Notes under the pieces: generated by a model
What the model saw: only the letters and a program-made list of their open reading frames with translations
Database searches by the model: none
What the model was told of the DNA's origin: nothing
Source: Bacilli bacterium
GTDB lineage: Bacteria > Bacillota_I > Bacilli_A > RFN20 > CAG-288
Assembly (NCBI GenBank): GCA_022652945.1
Contig: JALCRV010000001.1
Span: 131,384-195,383, forward strand
Direction of reading: 5' to 3'
DNA length: 64,000 nucleotides
Part shown: piece by piece, positions 9,758 through 19,677 of the stretch
Position numbering within the stretch: position 1 is the first letter of the stretch
Layout of the letters: every line of letters begins with the position of its first letter
Program-made: the position numbers and the translations under genes

Positions 9758-12700
9758 CTAGAGCTTACCCATCTTAGCGATGGAAGCGTATCTTCTCTTG
9801 GCGTACTCTTCGCACTTCTGATAAAGCTCTTCAGCGTGAGCCGGATTGAGCTTCGGAAGCTGAGAGTAACGAGCCTGAACCATCAGGAAGTCACGGAACT
9901 TAGTCCAATCAGGTTCCTTGGAATCCCAGGTGAGCGGATCCTGTCCAGCGGCGATCTTGCGCGGATCGTATCTGAAGATCGGGAAGTACCCACACTCAGT
10001 GGCTTTCTTCTCGATTTCCTGAGAATAGCCCAATCCACCTTTAATCGAGTGGAGTAAGCAAGGAGAATAAGCCATGACCAGAGACGGACCATTGTAGGAT
10101 TCAGCTTCTTTCAAAGCCTTGATAGCCTGAGCAGGGTTAGCGCCCAAGGAAATATTGGCGACGTAGACATGCTCATAAGCCATCGCGATGAGCGCGAGGT
10201 TCTTCTTCGCATCCTGTTTGCCAGCGGAAGCGAATTCCGCAATAGCACCGGTCTGGGTTGATTTAGAAGCCTGACCGCCAGTGTTGGAATAGACCTCGGT
10301 ATCGAGAACCAAGATATTGACATCTCTCTGGGAGGCGATCACATGATCGAGCCCGCCGTAGCCGATATCGTAAGACCAGCCATCACCGCCGATGATCCAA
10401 ACAGACTTATCGAGCAAATCAGCCTGATGATCGAGCAAAGCCTTGATGCCAGCGTTCTTGGATTCCTTGATGAGATTAACCATCTTGACCAAGATTCCCT
10501 TGATGTGGGCCTTATCCTTGATGTTCTTCTCATAATCTTCCAAGACTTCTTTTAACTCCGGCTCCACTTCAGCTTTATTAGCTTCGATGATGCCGATAAT
10601 CTGCTTAAGCTTGAAATCGGTCGCGACTCTCATGCCGTAGCCGTATTCAGCGTTATCCTCGAATAAGGAGTTCGCCCAAGCCACACCGTTTCCATCTTTA
10701 TCAGTGGTGAACGGAGAAAGCGGGGTCGAGCCGTTATAAATGGAGGAGCAGCCAGTGGCGTTAGCAACCAGCATATCCGGTCCGAAGAGCTGAGAAGCCA
10801 AACGATAGTAAGGAGCCTCACCGCAACCAGCGCAAGCGCCGGAGACTTCATGGTAAGGACGAGCTAAGGAAACGCCCTTAACCGTATCGGTCGGGAACAG
10901 ACCGACCTTCTGCTCGACTTTCTTATAAAGGTAATCAGCAGCCGGCTCGTGGGAGAACTGAGACTTGGCCTCGACCATTTCGAGAGCCTTGAAGTTCTTC
11001 ATCGTGCCATCAGCTTGTTTAACCATCTTGCCCGGGCAGGAAATAGCGCAGACTCCGCAGCCGACGCAGTTACGAGGGCTGACCTGGATTCTCCACTTCA
11101 GATCCTTGACATTCGGGCCGCCGAAAGCCGGAATCACATCAGCCTGCTCATTCTCCGGCAGACCTTTGATTTCAGCATCAGTCAGCAAGAAAGCACGGAT
11201 TGTGGCGTGCGGGCACCCGAAGGCGCAACGTCCGCACTGAATGCAGTATTCCTTATGCCAAAGCGGGACAACATCAGCGATCGATCTCTTTTCCTTGAAG
11301 ACCATGTCGTTCTTCATCGTGCCATCTTCCAGTTCCCATCTGCGGAAATTGGAGACCGGCAGATCGTAGCCGCCGAGTTCACCGACGACGTTCATATAAT
11401 CATCGAAGTATTCATCTCCGGTGACTTTCTTCTCTTTAACAGCCGGAAGTTTAGCCCAAGCCGGATCGACCTTGACCTCAACCAAGCCATCAGCGCCGGA
11501 ATCGATGGCCTTATAGTTAGCCTGAACGATTTCATCGCCCTTCTTGAAGTAGGTCTTATAGGCCATATCCTTCATCCATTTCTTGGCCTCTTCAAAGTCC
11601 ATGATATTGGCCAGTTTGAAGAAGGAAGCCTGGAGAATAGTATTGGTATGTCTGCCCATGTGGCAAGCCATCGCGAGCTTGTTAGCATCGATGATGTAGA
11701 ACTTAGCATGTCTAGCAGCTAAATCATGCTTCATCTTATTAGGCATGACCTTGATCAAATCCTCCGGAGCTAAATCGGTGTTCAGAAGGAAGGTGCCGCC
11801 ATCTTTCAAATCCTTGACGATATCGAACTTGAAGATGTAGGAATCCAAAGACACGGAGATGAAATCCGCGTGCTGGATGTAATAAGTGGAATGAATCGGA
11901 GTCTTGCCGAATCTTAAGTGAGATCTGGTGACACCGCCCGATTTACGGGAATCATAAGCGAAATAAGCCTGGCAATAAGCGTGGGTCGCATCGCCGATGA
12001 TCTTGCAGGAAGACTTGTTGGCGCCGACGGTGCCATCCGAGCCTAAGCCGTAGAAGAGGCAGGACTTGTAATCGCCCTCGACCACGAAGGACTCATCGAC
12101 CGGGATCGAAAGGTGAGTGACATCATCATCGATGCCAACCGTGAATCCGGTGAAAGGCTTCTTGGAATCGAGGAAATCAAAGACAGACTTAAAGTGCTTC
12201 GGCTGGAAATCCTTGGAAGCGATGCCGTAACGTCCACCGACGATGACATCCATCTTTCTTCCGACTTGTTCGAGGGAAGCGACGACATCGAGGTAGAGCG
12301 GCTCGCCGACAGAGTTAGGTTCCTTGGTGCGATCGAGAACCGCGATTCTCTTCACGGTCTTCGGCAGAGCTTCAGAGAGGAGCTCCGGAGAGAACGGACG
12401 ATAGAGATGGACACGGACCATACCGACTTTCTTGCCTTCTTTGACAAGTTTCTCGACGACTTCGTGTCCGCATTCAGTGCCCGAGCCCATAAGGATAACG
12501 ACATCTTTGGCATCTTTAGCACCTTCGTAAATAAACGGAGCGTAAGGACGTCCAGTCAGTTCGCTAGCCGCCTTAAAATACTTCTGAGCGACTTCGATGA
12601 TGTGCTGATTATGAAGGTTCTGAGCTTCCAAGCCTTGGAAGGTCGTATCATCATTTTCCGCACCACCGCGGGTGACCGCGTGGCCGTGAGGATTAAGGGC

Positions 12701-13324
12701 CTTAGCCTTGAAGGCTTTGACCGCATCCATATTAAGGAGGGATTTCCATCCAGCATCCTCGACAAACTCAACGTTCTGGATTTCATGGGAAGTACGGAAC
12801 CCATCGAAGAAATCCATGACCGGAGCGGAAGCTTCAATCGCGATTAAGTGAGCGACCGGAGCTAAATCTGCGACTTCCTGGACCGAGCCAGCGCAGATCA
12901 TGGAAATACCAGTCTGACGGCAGGCGTAGACATCGGAGTGATCGCCGAAGATGGAAAGCGCGCGGGAAGCTAGAGCACGGGCAGCCACGTGCATGACCGC
13001 CGGCAGTTCCTCGCCGACCCATTTGTAGATGTTCGGAATCATCAAAAGCAAGCCCTGGGAAGCGGTGTAGGTGGAAGCTAAAGCTCCAGCCTGCAAAGCG
13101 CCGTGGACCGAACCGGAAGCGCCGGCTTCGGATTGAAGCTCGACGACATCGACGGTGTTGCCGAAGACGTTCTTTTTGCCCTTAGTCGCGAAGGCTTCAA
13201 CGCCTTCCGCAATCGGGGATGACGGAGTAATAGGATAAATAGCGGCTACTTCGGTGAAGAGGTAGGCGCCCATAGCGGCGGCGGTGTTGCCGTCGACTGA
13301 CAAGAAGTATTTCTTAAATTCCAT
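9758..13324 (-). CDS. nifJ: pyruvate:ferredoxin (flavodoxin) oxidoreductase
   Basis: 1188 aa. N-terminus ...DGNTAAAMGAY...AAIYPITPSS, two 4Fe-4S ferredoxin CxxCxxCxxxCP motifs, and a TPP-binding C-terminal domain (GGDGWSYDIGYGG). Confidence 0.96.
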   Translation of the reverse strand: MEFKKYFLSVDGNTAAAMGAYLFTEVAAIYPITPSSPIAEGVEAFATKGKKNVFGNTVDVVELQSEAGASGSVHGALQAGALASTYTASQGLLLMIPNIYKWVGEELPAVMHVAARALASRALSIFGDHSDVYACRQTGISMICAGSVQEVADLAPVAHLIAIEASAPVMDFFDGFRTSHEIQNVEFVEDAGWKSLLNMDAVKAFKAKALNPHGHAVTRGGAENDDTTFQGLEAQNLHNQHIIEVAQKYFKAASELTGRPYAPFIYEGAKDAKDVVILMGSGTECGHEVVEKLVKEGKKVGMVRVHLYRPFSPELLSEALPKTVKRIAVLDRTKEPNSVGEPLYLDVVASLEQVGRKMDVIVGGRYGIASKDFQPKHFKSVFDFLDSKKPFTGFTVGIDDDVTHLSIPVDESFVVEGDYKSCLFYGLGSDGTVGANKSSCKIIGDATHAYCQAYFAYDSRKSGGVTRSHLRFGKTPIHSTYYIQHADFISVSLDSYIFKFDIVKDLKDGGTFLLNTDLAPEDLIKVMPNKMKHDLAARHAKFYIIDANKLAMACHMGRHTNTILQASFFKLANIMDFEEAKKWMKDMAYKTYFKKGDEIVQANYKAIDSGADGLVEVKVDPAWAKLPAVKEKKVTGDEYFDDYMNVVGELGGYDLPVSNFRRWELEDGTMKNDMVFKEKRSIADVVPLWHKEYCIQCGRCAFGCPHATIRAFLLTDAEIKGLPENEQADVIPAFGGPNVKDLKWRIQVSPRNCVGCGVCAISCPGKMVKQADGTMKNFKALEMVEAKSQFSHEPAADYLYKKVEQKVGLFPTDTVKGVSLARPYHEVSGACAGCGEAPYYRLASQLFGPDMLVANATGCSSIYNGSTPLSPFTTDKDGNGVAWANSLFEDNAEYGYGMRVATDFKLKQIIGIIEANKAEVEPELKEVLEDYEKNIKDKAHIKGILVKMVNLIKESKNAGIKALLDHQADLLDKSVWIIGGDGWSYDIGYGGLDHVIASQRDVNILVLDTEVYSNTGGQASKSTQTGAIAEFASAGKQDAKKNLALIAMAYEHVYVANISLGANPAQAIKALKEAESYNGPSLVMAYSPCLLHSIKGGLGYSQEIEKKATECGYFPIFRYDPRKIAAGQDPLTWDSKEPDWTKFRDFLMVQARYSQLPKLNPAHAEELYQKCEEYAKRRYASIAKMGKL

Positions 13325-13391
13325 AATGTTCCTCCATGGACCTTTCTAATTATATTACTTAGAAAATATGTATGAAAGCCGGATTTTAGTC

Positions 13392-14279
13392 CTACTGCAT
13401 ATCTTTCGCTAGTTTTTTGATGTAATCGCGGACTTTCGGACCGAGATCAGATCTCTTCAGAGCGAAATCTATGGATGCTTTCATATACCCGAATTTATCG
13501 CCGATATCGTATCTTTCGCCGGTAAAGTTGCAGGCGTAGAGCGGATGATTTTTCATCGTTTGTCTGATCGCATCGGTCAGCTGAATCTCTCCGCCGACAC
13601 CCGGCTGAGTATGTTCGAGAATCTCGAACAAATCCGGTGTAAGGACATAGCGGCCTAAAACCGCGTAATCGGAAGGAGCTTTTTCGACCGGAGGCTTTTC
13701 CACAAAGTCGGTGACCTTGAACAAAGTATCCTGAGGTCTCACTTCTTTAGAAGGCGAGACGATCCCGTATTTATTGGTCTCGCTGTGCGGTACTTTCTGG
13801 ACACCTAAGATCGTGGTTTGCTTATCGTTATAAGCATCGATTAATTGCTGCAAAGCCGGCTTATCCTGCGGGACGACCAAATCATCGCCTAAAAGAACGG
13901 CGAAAGGTTCATCACCGATAAATGATTTGGCGCAGAGAATCGCATGGCCCAAGCCTTTCGGCTCCTTTTGACGAATGTAATAGACATTCGCTAAGGAAGC
14001 GATCTGATGGACTTCATCAGCCAAGGCATCCTTATGAGCCTGCTTAAGTCTCATTTCGAGTTCGTAATTGACGTCGAAATAATTCTCCATCGAATTCTTA
14101 GTGGAATTGGTAATGATCAGAATATCATCGATTCCAGATTTGATGGCTTCTTCGACAATAAAATGAATCGTCGGAGTATCGACGATCGGCAGCATCTCCT
14201 TAGGCATCGCTTTGGTCGCAGGCAAAAAGCGAGTGCCCAAGCCAGCTGCTGGTATGACAGCTTTTCTGACTCGTTGCAT
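13392..14279 (-). CDS. galU: UTP--glucose-1-phosphate uridylyltransferase
   Basis: VRKAVIPAAGLGTRFLPATKAMPKEMLPIVD signature. Start set at the internal ATG (14279), which gives the canonical N-terminus and has a GGAGG motif upstream; the six-frame ORF extends to 14321. Confidence 0.92.
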   Translation of the reverse strand: MQRVRKAVIPAAGLGTRFLPATKAMPKEMLPIVDTPTIHFIVEEAIKSGIDDILIITNSTKNSMENYFDVNYELEMRLKQAHKDALADEVHQIASLANVYYIRQKEPKGLGHAILCAKSFIGDEPFAVLLGDDLVVPQDKPALQQLIDAYNDKQTTILGVQKVPHSETNKYGIVSPSKEVRPQDTLFKVTDFVEKPPVEKAPSDYAVLGRYVLTPDLFEILEHTQPGVGGEIQLTDAIRQTMKNHPLYACNFTGERYDIGDKFGYMKASIDFALKRSDLGPKVRDYIKKLAKDMQ

Positions 14280-14456
14280 AATCCTTGTTTCAATTCCTCC
14301 TTTGTAAAGACGGGATTCCATATCTTATAAATTATAACATAATACGCCATTGAAAAGCCTTGAAATAGGACGAAAGACCCCTTTAGTAAAGCGACAAGTT
14401 GAAAGCAAAGGAAAATGTTTCCCTACCGCCGATTAAAGGAAAGGCGATGTCTAAAT

Positions 14457-15095
14457 TTAAAGATTGTTTTTATAGACAAGACTTAAAAAGCTCTGAGGGT
14501 TTTTTAACGCTTGTTCAAGAAGGCCTTTTTTCTTCAGCGAGATAGCGATCGCTAAGGAACGAGCCTGGCAGTTAACTTGTGTCTTTTCGTTAAATTCGAT
14601 ATCGGTAAAAGTGTAGTAAGAAAGGAGCGGATTTAAATCGATGTTCGATTGCTTAAGGGCATTAAGGTAAAGCCAATCGTAGAAGAAAGTCTTGGGTTTT
14701 AAAGAGAAATCATTCTCCGCATAAGTAAAGCCGATTAAGGAATGATTCTGGCTACGTTCTTTGACGTAATCTCTAGCTTCTTTAGGAAGCATCTTACTAG
14801 CTTCTATAAAACTGCCGACACCTTCAAATACTTTCCCGGCTTGGAATACGCTCTCAAGATAATATCCATCGAGGAGAAGATTAAAAGCGCTGCAGTCGAC
14901 GCCGTTCTTTTCTCTGGACTTAGTCGATACTTCAAGGACTTTAGATCCCGGATGAAGATAAAGGACAGCGCGGTGAAGAGAGTCGACGTTCTTCTGCTTT
15001 TGAGAAAAGGCTAGACCTTGGACATATTGAAATTGAACTATCTCTTCTGAATAGGTGTTTATTAAAGAAGGATGAAAGACCATTTTTGTTGCCAT
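14457..15095 (-). CDS. hypothetical protein (212 aa) co-transcribed downstream of the WYL regulator; candidate effector of unknown fold
   Basis: ORF separated by 12 nt from the upstream WYL gene on the same strand. I see no recognisable motif. Confidence 0.6.
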   Translation of the reverse strand: MATKMVFHPSLINTYSEEIVQFQYVQGLAFSQKQKNVDSLHRAVLYLHPGSKVLEVSTKSREKNGVDCSAFNLLLDGYYLESVFQAGKVFEGVGSFIEASKMLPKEARDYVKERSQNHSLIGFTYAENDFSLKPKTFFYDWLYLNALKQSNIDLNPLLSYYTFTDIEFNEKTQVNCQARSLAIAISLKKKGLLEQALKNPQSFLSLVYKNNL

Positions 15096-15107
15096 AATAA
15101 CCCCCTT

Positions 15108-16814
15108 TTAAATCTTGCAGTCATAAATAACAACATCGAAACGGCACATCTTTTCAAAGCCTTCGATAATCCTTTTTATTTTCTGTTCTGACAGATTTTT
15201 AAAGAAAGTATCGATCGTATCGATTGCTTCTTGATAGTCTGAAGCGTTACAGCCCCTGGCGTAGAAGATATTTTCCGTAAATTCTTTCATCGTCTCTTGA
15301 TTCCATGCTGTCTTTTCCTTTTGCGGATAATAGCTTGCTATTTTCTCGCTATAAAAAGGTGATTTGTTAGGGTTAACACACTCGCTATTTTCCCATCCGA
15401 GATAACAAATCCTCCAAAGGAAGAATAAACCGAGCACGATTTCTTCTTTACCGCCGATAACCCAGTATGGAGTAGACTCATGACTGATTTGAAAATCGGC
15501 GAAGTGATTTGATTTTTTCTCGCCAGCTTTTAAAAGGGTAACACGGCCAAGAAAGCGAGGACGACGTCTGGTTAAGAAAAGAGAGACGAATTCCTGGACA
15601 TCATCTCCGTTAAAAGGAAAACATTCGCTGAAGTTTAAAGCTGAAAGGATTTTATTCTGCAGCAACTGTTCAAAGCTGACATTATTTATGATCTGCGGAA
15701 GAGAAGAAGACGGGGCAAGAAGTGAAGCCTTATCAAAAGTATAATTGTCTTTGATCACTTCGAAATCGTATTGACTTAATAAGGTCTCTTTGTTAATTGA
15801 TTCAGGCGTGGTATTCGCATCTAAAGAAGTTAAAGAGGCCTTTTCTAAAAGACTTAATACTCGTTTATGTAATTTTTCTAAGCTTTGTTTAGGGGAAAGC
15901 AAACTAACTTTCCCCGCGAGGGAAAAGCACCATGAAAGAATCGATTCTTCATCAGCTTTTACCTTCACATGGCATTTACCATCGGGGGTTATAAACGTCG
16001 ACTCGACATCCCAGAAATAAGCGAATAAAGAATTAAAGGCCCGTTCATCCTCAATTTCGATTTCCGCCTCAATTACTTCCCCCGCTCCTAGATGAGGATG
16101 CTTAGCAAGATATTCTTTTACTGCTGTCTCTGAATACGTGATGGAATGTTTGTTATCTTGAGGGATTTCTTTTACGTCAGTCATCCGGTCGATATAAAAG
16201 CGAATAAACAACATCTTCTCAATACTTCCAGCCAGCAAACAATAACGGCCGTCTCGGAAATAGCTCTTAATTGGTAGGACTTTTTGCGGGTTATTAGTTA
16301 AAGGCTTTAATTGGCCTTTTGCATCGTAAGCATTATAAGTAAACTCAATTAAGGAGCGGCGTTGAATAGCTCCAGCAATAGCTCCGATTTCGTAGAAGAT
16401 ATGCGGATTATTTCTTCTTCCCCGTTCATCCATTTTTTCAATGCTTGCCAGACGGTTTCTTTCATTTATCGATAAAGTCTTAGTCAGGCTAGAAAAGATC
16501 TTTTCAGCATCGCTAGGAGAAATCGAAGGTGAAGAATAGATAGCATCCAGAACAAATTCTAGTTGCCCCTCATCGAAGACTCGTCCGCCTAAGGCCACAC
16601 CTTTAGAAGTCCTAATAATATCAAACTCCAAATGCTCAAGAACATTCAGGGCTCTAGTTATGGAGCGGCGTTGAGTCTCAACCCCATAGTCTTCTTTTAA
16701 ATAATCAAGGATCTCCGTTTGGGTAATCCGATGTTCCTCGTCGCTGTATTTACTTAAGACAAGATAGACCAATAAGGTATATTGGTTTTTATAGTTAAAA
16801 TTGCTTTCTTCCAT
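15108..16814 (-). CDS. HTH-WYL-domain transcriptional regulator (YafY/BrxR/CapW-like) with a ~250-aa uncharacterised C-terminal extension
   Basis: N-terminal HTH_11-like segment (ITQTEILDYLKEDYGVETQRRSITRALNVLEHLEFDI). Central WYL-like segment (LPIKSYFRDGRYCLLAGSIEKMLFIRFYIDRMTDVKEI). The C-terminal half has no recognisable motif. Confidence 0.7.
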   Translation of the reverse strand: MEESNFNYKNQYTLLVYLVLSKYSDEEHRITQTEILDYLKEDYGVETQRRSITRALNVLEHLEFDIIRTSKGVALGGRVFDEGQLEFVLDAIYSSPSISPSDAEKIFSSLTKTLSINERNRLASIEKMDERGRRNNPHIFYEIGAIAGAIQRRSLIEFTYNAYDAKGQLKPLTNNPQKVLPIKSYFRDGRYCLLAGSIEKMLFIRFYIDRMTDVKEIPQDNKHSITYSETAVKEYLAKHPHLGAGEVIEAEIEIEDERAFNSLFAYFWDVESTFITPDGKCHVKVKADEESILSWCFSLAGKVSLLSPKQSLEKLHKRVLSLLEKASLTSLDANTTPESINKETLLSQYDFEVIKDNYTFDKASLLAPSSSLPQIINNVSFEQLLQNKILSALNFSECFPFNGDDVQEFVSLFLTRRRPRFLGRVTLLKAGEKKSNHFADFQISHESTPYWVIGGKEEIVLGLFFLWRICYLGWENSECVNPNKSPFYSEKIASYYPQKEKTAWNQETMKEFTENIFYARGCNASDYQEAIDTIDTFFKNLSEQKIKRIIEGFEKMCRFDVVIYDCKI

Positions 16815-16964
16815 CCTAGCCTCCTAGACATTAACAAGAGTGTAACATAAAGTCTAAAGATTTGTGTGACTCTAAAGTCCCTTAACTAATTTTTACTGGC
16901 TTTTTCATTGTTTTTATAAATCCTGATAGCGCAGAATGAAGATGCTTGGGGAGGGGAAAACAAG

Positions 16965-17285
16965 ATGAGCAAAGACATAAGGATGACATCAGAAGGTCTA
17001 AATCGTTTAAGAAAGACAGTATATGAAAGTTTGGACAATATTGACTCTCTTCTTCTAAGTGAGGTTTTAAACAGCCTTACCCCTCGAGAGCACGATATTC
17101 TCTTTCTTCATTTAGGTTTAGGAGACGATAAGAAATACGATCTTTCGACAGTCGCAACAATGCTCGGTCTAGCTAAAGAAAGGACAAGCCAAAGTTATCT
17201 CTCCGCCATCCGTAAAATGAGGCATCCAAGCCGGGTGAAAGAAATCATTAAAAAAGAGGAGACGAATCAACCTAAGACGTTTTAA
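16965..17285 (+). CDS. sigma-70 region-4-like HTH protein (106 aa; region 4 only)
   Basis: LTPREHDILFLHLGL...YDLSTVATMLGLAKERTSQSYLSAIRKMR matches sigma-70 region 4 / ECF-type HTH. GGGAGGGG RBS upstream. Divergent from the WYL gene. Confidence 0.7.
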   Translation: MSKDIRMTSEGLNRLRKTVYESLDNIDSLLLSEVLNSLTPREHDILFLHLGLGDDKKYDLSTVATMLGLAKERTSQSYLSAIRKMRHPSRVKEIIKKEETNQPKTF

Positions 17286-17333
17286 AAACTAATACGGGTC
17301 TAGCAATTATCAGCAAAAAGGAGGAAAAGAAGT

Positions 17334-17579
17334 ATGGAAAGAGAAATCGATCAAAGAATTCTAAAGGCCTTGAAGGAAGGTGTTATCTGCGTTTATCCAG
17401 ATCCTAAAGAGCCATTTAAAGAGGGATATGTCACAAGCGTGGATCTCAATGGCGTCTACGCAAACACCTTACCTAAAGGTGTTCCGGCTGACGAACTTCC
17501 CTTGGAGGCGGAAGACATCTATTATCCGCTTTCGTCTTATGGTAAAACGTGGGCTTTAGATAGCGACGAACTGCTCTAG
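17334..17579 (+). CDS. hypothetical small protein (81 aa), co-transcribed with the sigma-r4-like gene
   Basis: AAAGGAGGAAAAGAAGT RBS immediately upstream. No recognisable motif. Confidence 0.5.
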   Translation: MEREIDQRILKALKEGVICVYPDPKEPFKEGYVTSVDLNGVYANTLPKGVPADELPLEAEDIYYPLSSYGKTWALDSDELL

Positions 17580-17674
17580 TAAAATCATTAGCAAAAATCA
17601 GGGTTACTTGAAACCCTTCAATGTTAAACTCCGAAACATCTTTTAATTTGATAACTTATAAATATGAAATCTAA

Positions 17675-19675
17675 CTAAGCTAAACTCGCCTTTAACTCTA
17701 AAAGGCTGTCTCTTAATTCCGCTGCTCTTTCAAAATCCAACTCCTGAGCGGCCTTTTTCATCTCTTTTTCCAGTTGAGAAATCAAGTTTAAAGTCTCGGA
17801 CTTAGTAAGCTTGCCTTTCTTCTTTTCTAACTCCAGAGGTTTCTTCTTATCGATCAACCTGACCGGAGGAATCAGAGGCTTAACAATCGAACGAGGAGTA
17901 ATCTGATGCTCGATATTATACCGATTCTGGATTTCCCTTCTGCGGTTAGTCTCTTCGATTGTTTCTTTCATCGACTGAGTCAGATTATCCGCGTACATGA
18001 TGACCTTACCGTGATCGTTTCTAGCCGCTCTTCCCGAAAGTTGAATCAAAGATCTTGTCGATCTTAAAAAGCCTTCCTTATCTGCATCGAGAATTGCGAT
18101 TAAAGAAACTTCCGGTAAATCAAGCCCTTCTCTTAAAAGGTTAATGCCGACCACCGCCTGATAATCGCCTTTTCTTAACTTATAGATAATCTCGCTGCGT
18201 TCCAAAGTCAGGATTTCATGCTGAAGATAAGCGACTTTAATACCCTTCTGTTTAAAGAAATCGGTGAGGTTTTCCGCATCATCGATTGTCAAAGTGCAGA
18301 CGATAGTCCTTTCGTTCTTCTTAATTCGCTCGTTGATTTCATTTAAAAGATCATAGACGGGGTTATTCTTATTCGATCTGACTTCGATCAAAGGATCCAG
18401 AAGCCCGGTCGGACGAATAATCTGCTGAACAAAATGACCGCCAGTCTGTCCTAATTCCCAGTCTCCCGGGGTGGCGGAAGTGCAGATCAGGTTCTTCACC
18501 TTAGCGAAGAATTCATTAAAATTCAAAGGGCGGTTATCCAAAGCGGACGGTAGACGGAAACCGTAATCGACCAGCACCTGTTTACGGGCCTGATCTCCGT
18601 TATACATACCGAAAACCTGCGGGATGGTGACGTGGGATTCATCGACGAAAGTCAAAACATCCGGATCCAAATAATCTAACAAGCAGAAGGGCGGTTCGCC
18701 CTTTGCTCTTCCTTCGATGTGTCTTGAATAATTTTCAATACCCGGGCAGATTCCAAACTCCTCCAAAGATTCCATGTCGTGGCGGGTTCGCATATCAAGC
18801 CTTTCCTCTTCCAGTAATTTCCCTTCCGTATGGAAATAATGGAGCCTTTCAGTTAATTCTTCCCTGATCCTTTTACAGGCGGCCTTGACTCTTTCGTACC
18901 CGGAAGCGTGTTCATCAGCCGGGAAGACCATAAAATACTCGACCTGATTAACTAATTCCCCGGTCGTCAATTTCACGACATCCATCTCTTCAATCTTCGA
19001 ATCGATATCGACGTAGACCCTTAAGCAGGTCTCTTCATTGCTGAAGGGAGCAATCTCTAGAAGGCTCCCGCTTAAGCGGAAAGTCCCCGGGGTCAAGGAC
19101 ATATTGTTTCTCGTATACTGAGCATCGACCAGCTTAGCCATCGTTTCACGTAAATCAATTTGCTCTCCGACTCTTAAATCGAAAGCCAAATTGGTATATT
19201 CATCAGGATCAGTCAGACCGAAAATCGAGGCCACGGAAGCGACGACAATCGTATCTTTTCTCGAAAGGATCGAATTGATTGAAGAGGAACGCATCATCTC
19301 GATTTCATCGTTGATGACAGCTTCCTTATCGATATAAGTATCCGTTTTCGGGATATACGCTTCCGGACGATAGAAATCAAAGTTAGAGATAAAGTACTCC
19401 ACGCGGTTTTCCGGAAACAACTCCTTAAATTCCGCGTAAAGCTGGCCAGCCAAAGTCTTATTATGGACCAAGACCAAAGCCGGACGCTGAGTCCTTTCGA
19501 TGACATTAGCCATCGTAAAAGTCTTACCGGTGCCGGTCGCCCCTAAAAGCACCTGAACTCTTTTATTTTCCTTTAAGCCTTCTACTAAGGCATCGATCGC
19601 TTCCGGTTGATCGCCGGTCGGCTTATAAGGCGCATGGATCTTAAAGGGGATGAATGTCTTGTTTCTTTCTTTCAT
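17675..19675 (-). CDS. uvrB: excinuclease ABC subunit B
   Basis: 666 aa. N-terminus FKIHAPYKPTGDQPEAI, a Walker A GATGTGKT motif, the helicase motifs, and a C-terminal UVR domain (ELDFERAAELRD). Confidence 0.97.
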   Translation of the reverse strand: MKERNKTFIPFKIHAPYKPTGDQPEAIDALVEGLKENKRVQVLLGATGTGKTFTMANVIERTQRPALVLVHNKTLAGQLYAEFKELFPENRVEYFISNFDFYRPEAYIPKTDTYIDKEAVINDEIEMMRSSSINSILSRKDTIVVASVASIFGLTDPDEYTNLAFDLRVGEQIDLRETMAKLVDAQYTRNNMSLTPGTFRLSGSLLEIAPFSNEETCLRVYVDIDSKIEEMDVVKLTTGELVNQVEYFMVFPADEHASGYERVKAACKRIREELTERLHYFHTEGKLLEEERLDMRTRHDMESLEEFGICPGIENYSRHIEGRAKGEPPFCLLDYLDPDVLTFVDESHVTIPQVFGMYNGDQARKQVLVDYGFRLPSALDNRPLNFNEFFAKVKNLICTSATPGDWELGQTGGHFVQQIIRPTGLLDPLIEVRSNKNNPVYDLLNEINERIKKNERTIVCTLTIDDAENLTDFFKQKGIKVAYLQHEILTLERSEIIYKLRKGDYQAVVGINLLREGLDLPEVSLIAILDADKEGFLRSTRSLIQLSGRAARNDHGKVIMYADNLTQSMKETIEETNRRREIQNRYNIEHQITPRSIVKPLIPPVRLIDKKKPLELEKKKGKLTKSETLNLISQLEKEMKKAAQELDFERAAELRDSLLELKASLA

Positions 19676-19677
19676 TA

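Noticed and set aside
9548-13022. Multiple 60-260-aa ORFs on both strands inside the PFOR gene (for example 9548..10057, 10949..11722, 12113..12847).
   Set aside because: They are entirely embedded in, or antisense to, a 1188-aa gene with unambiguous full-length PFOR homology. They have low-complexity, Ser/Arg-rich translations typical of shadow ORFs.
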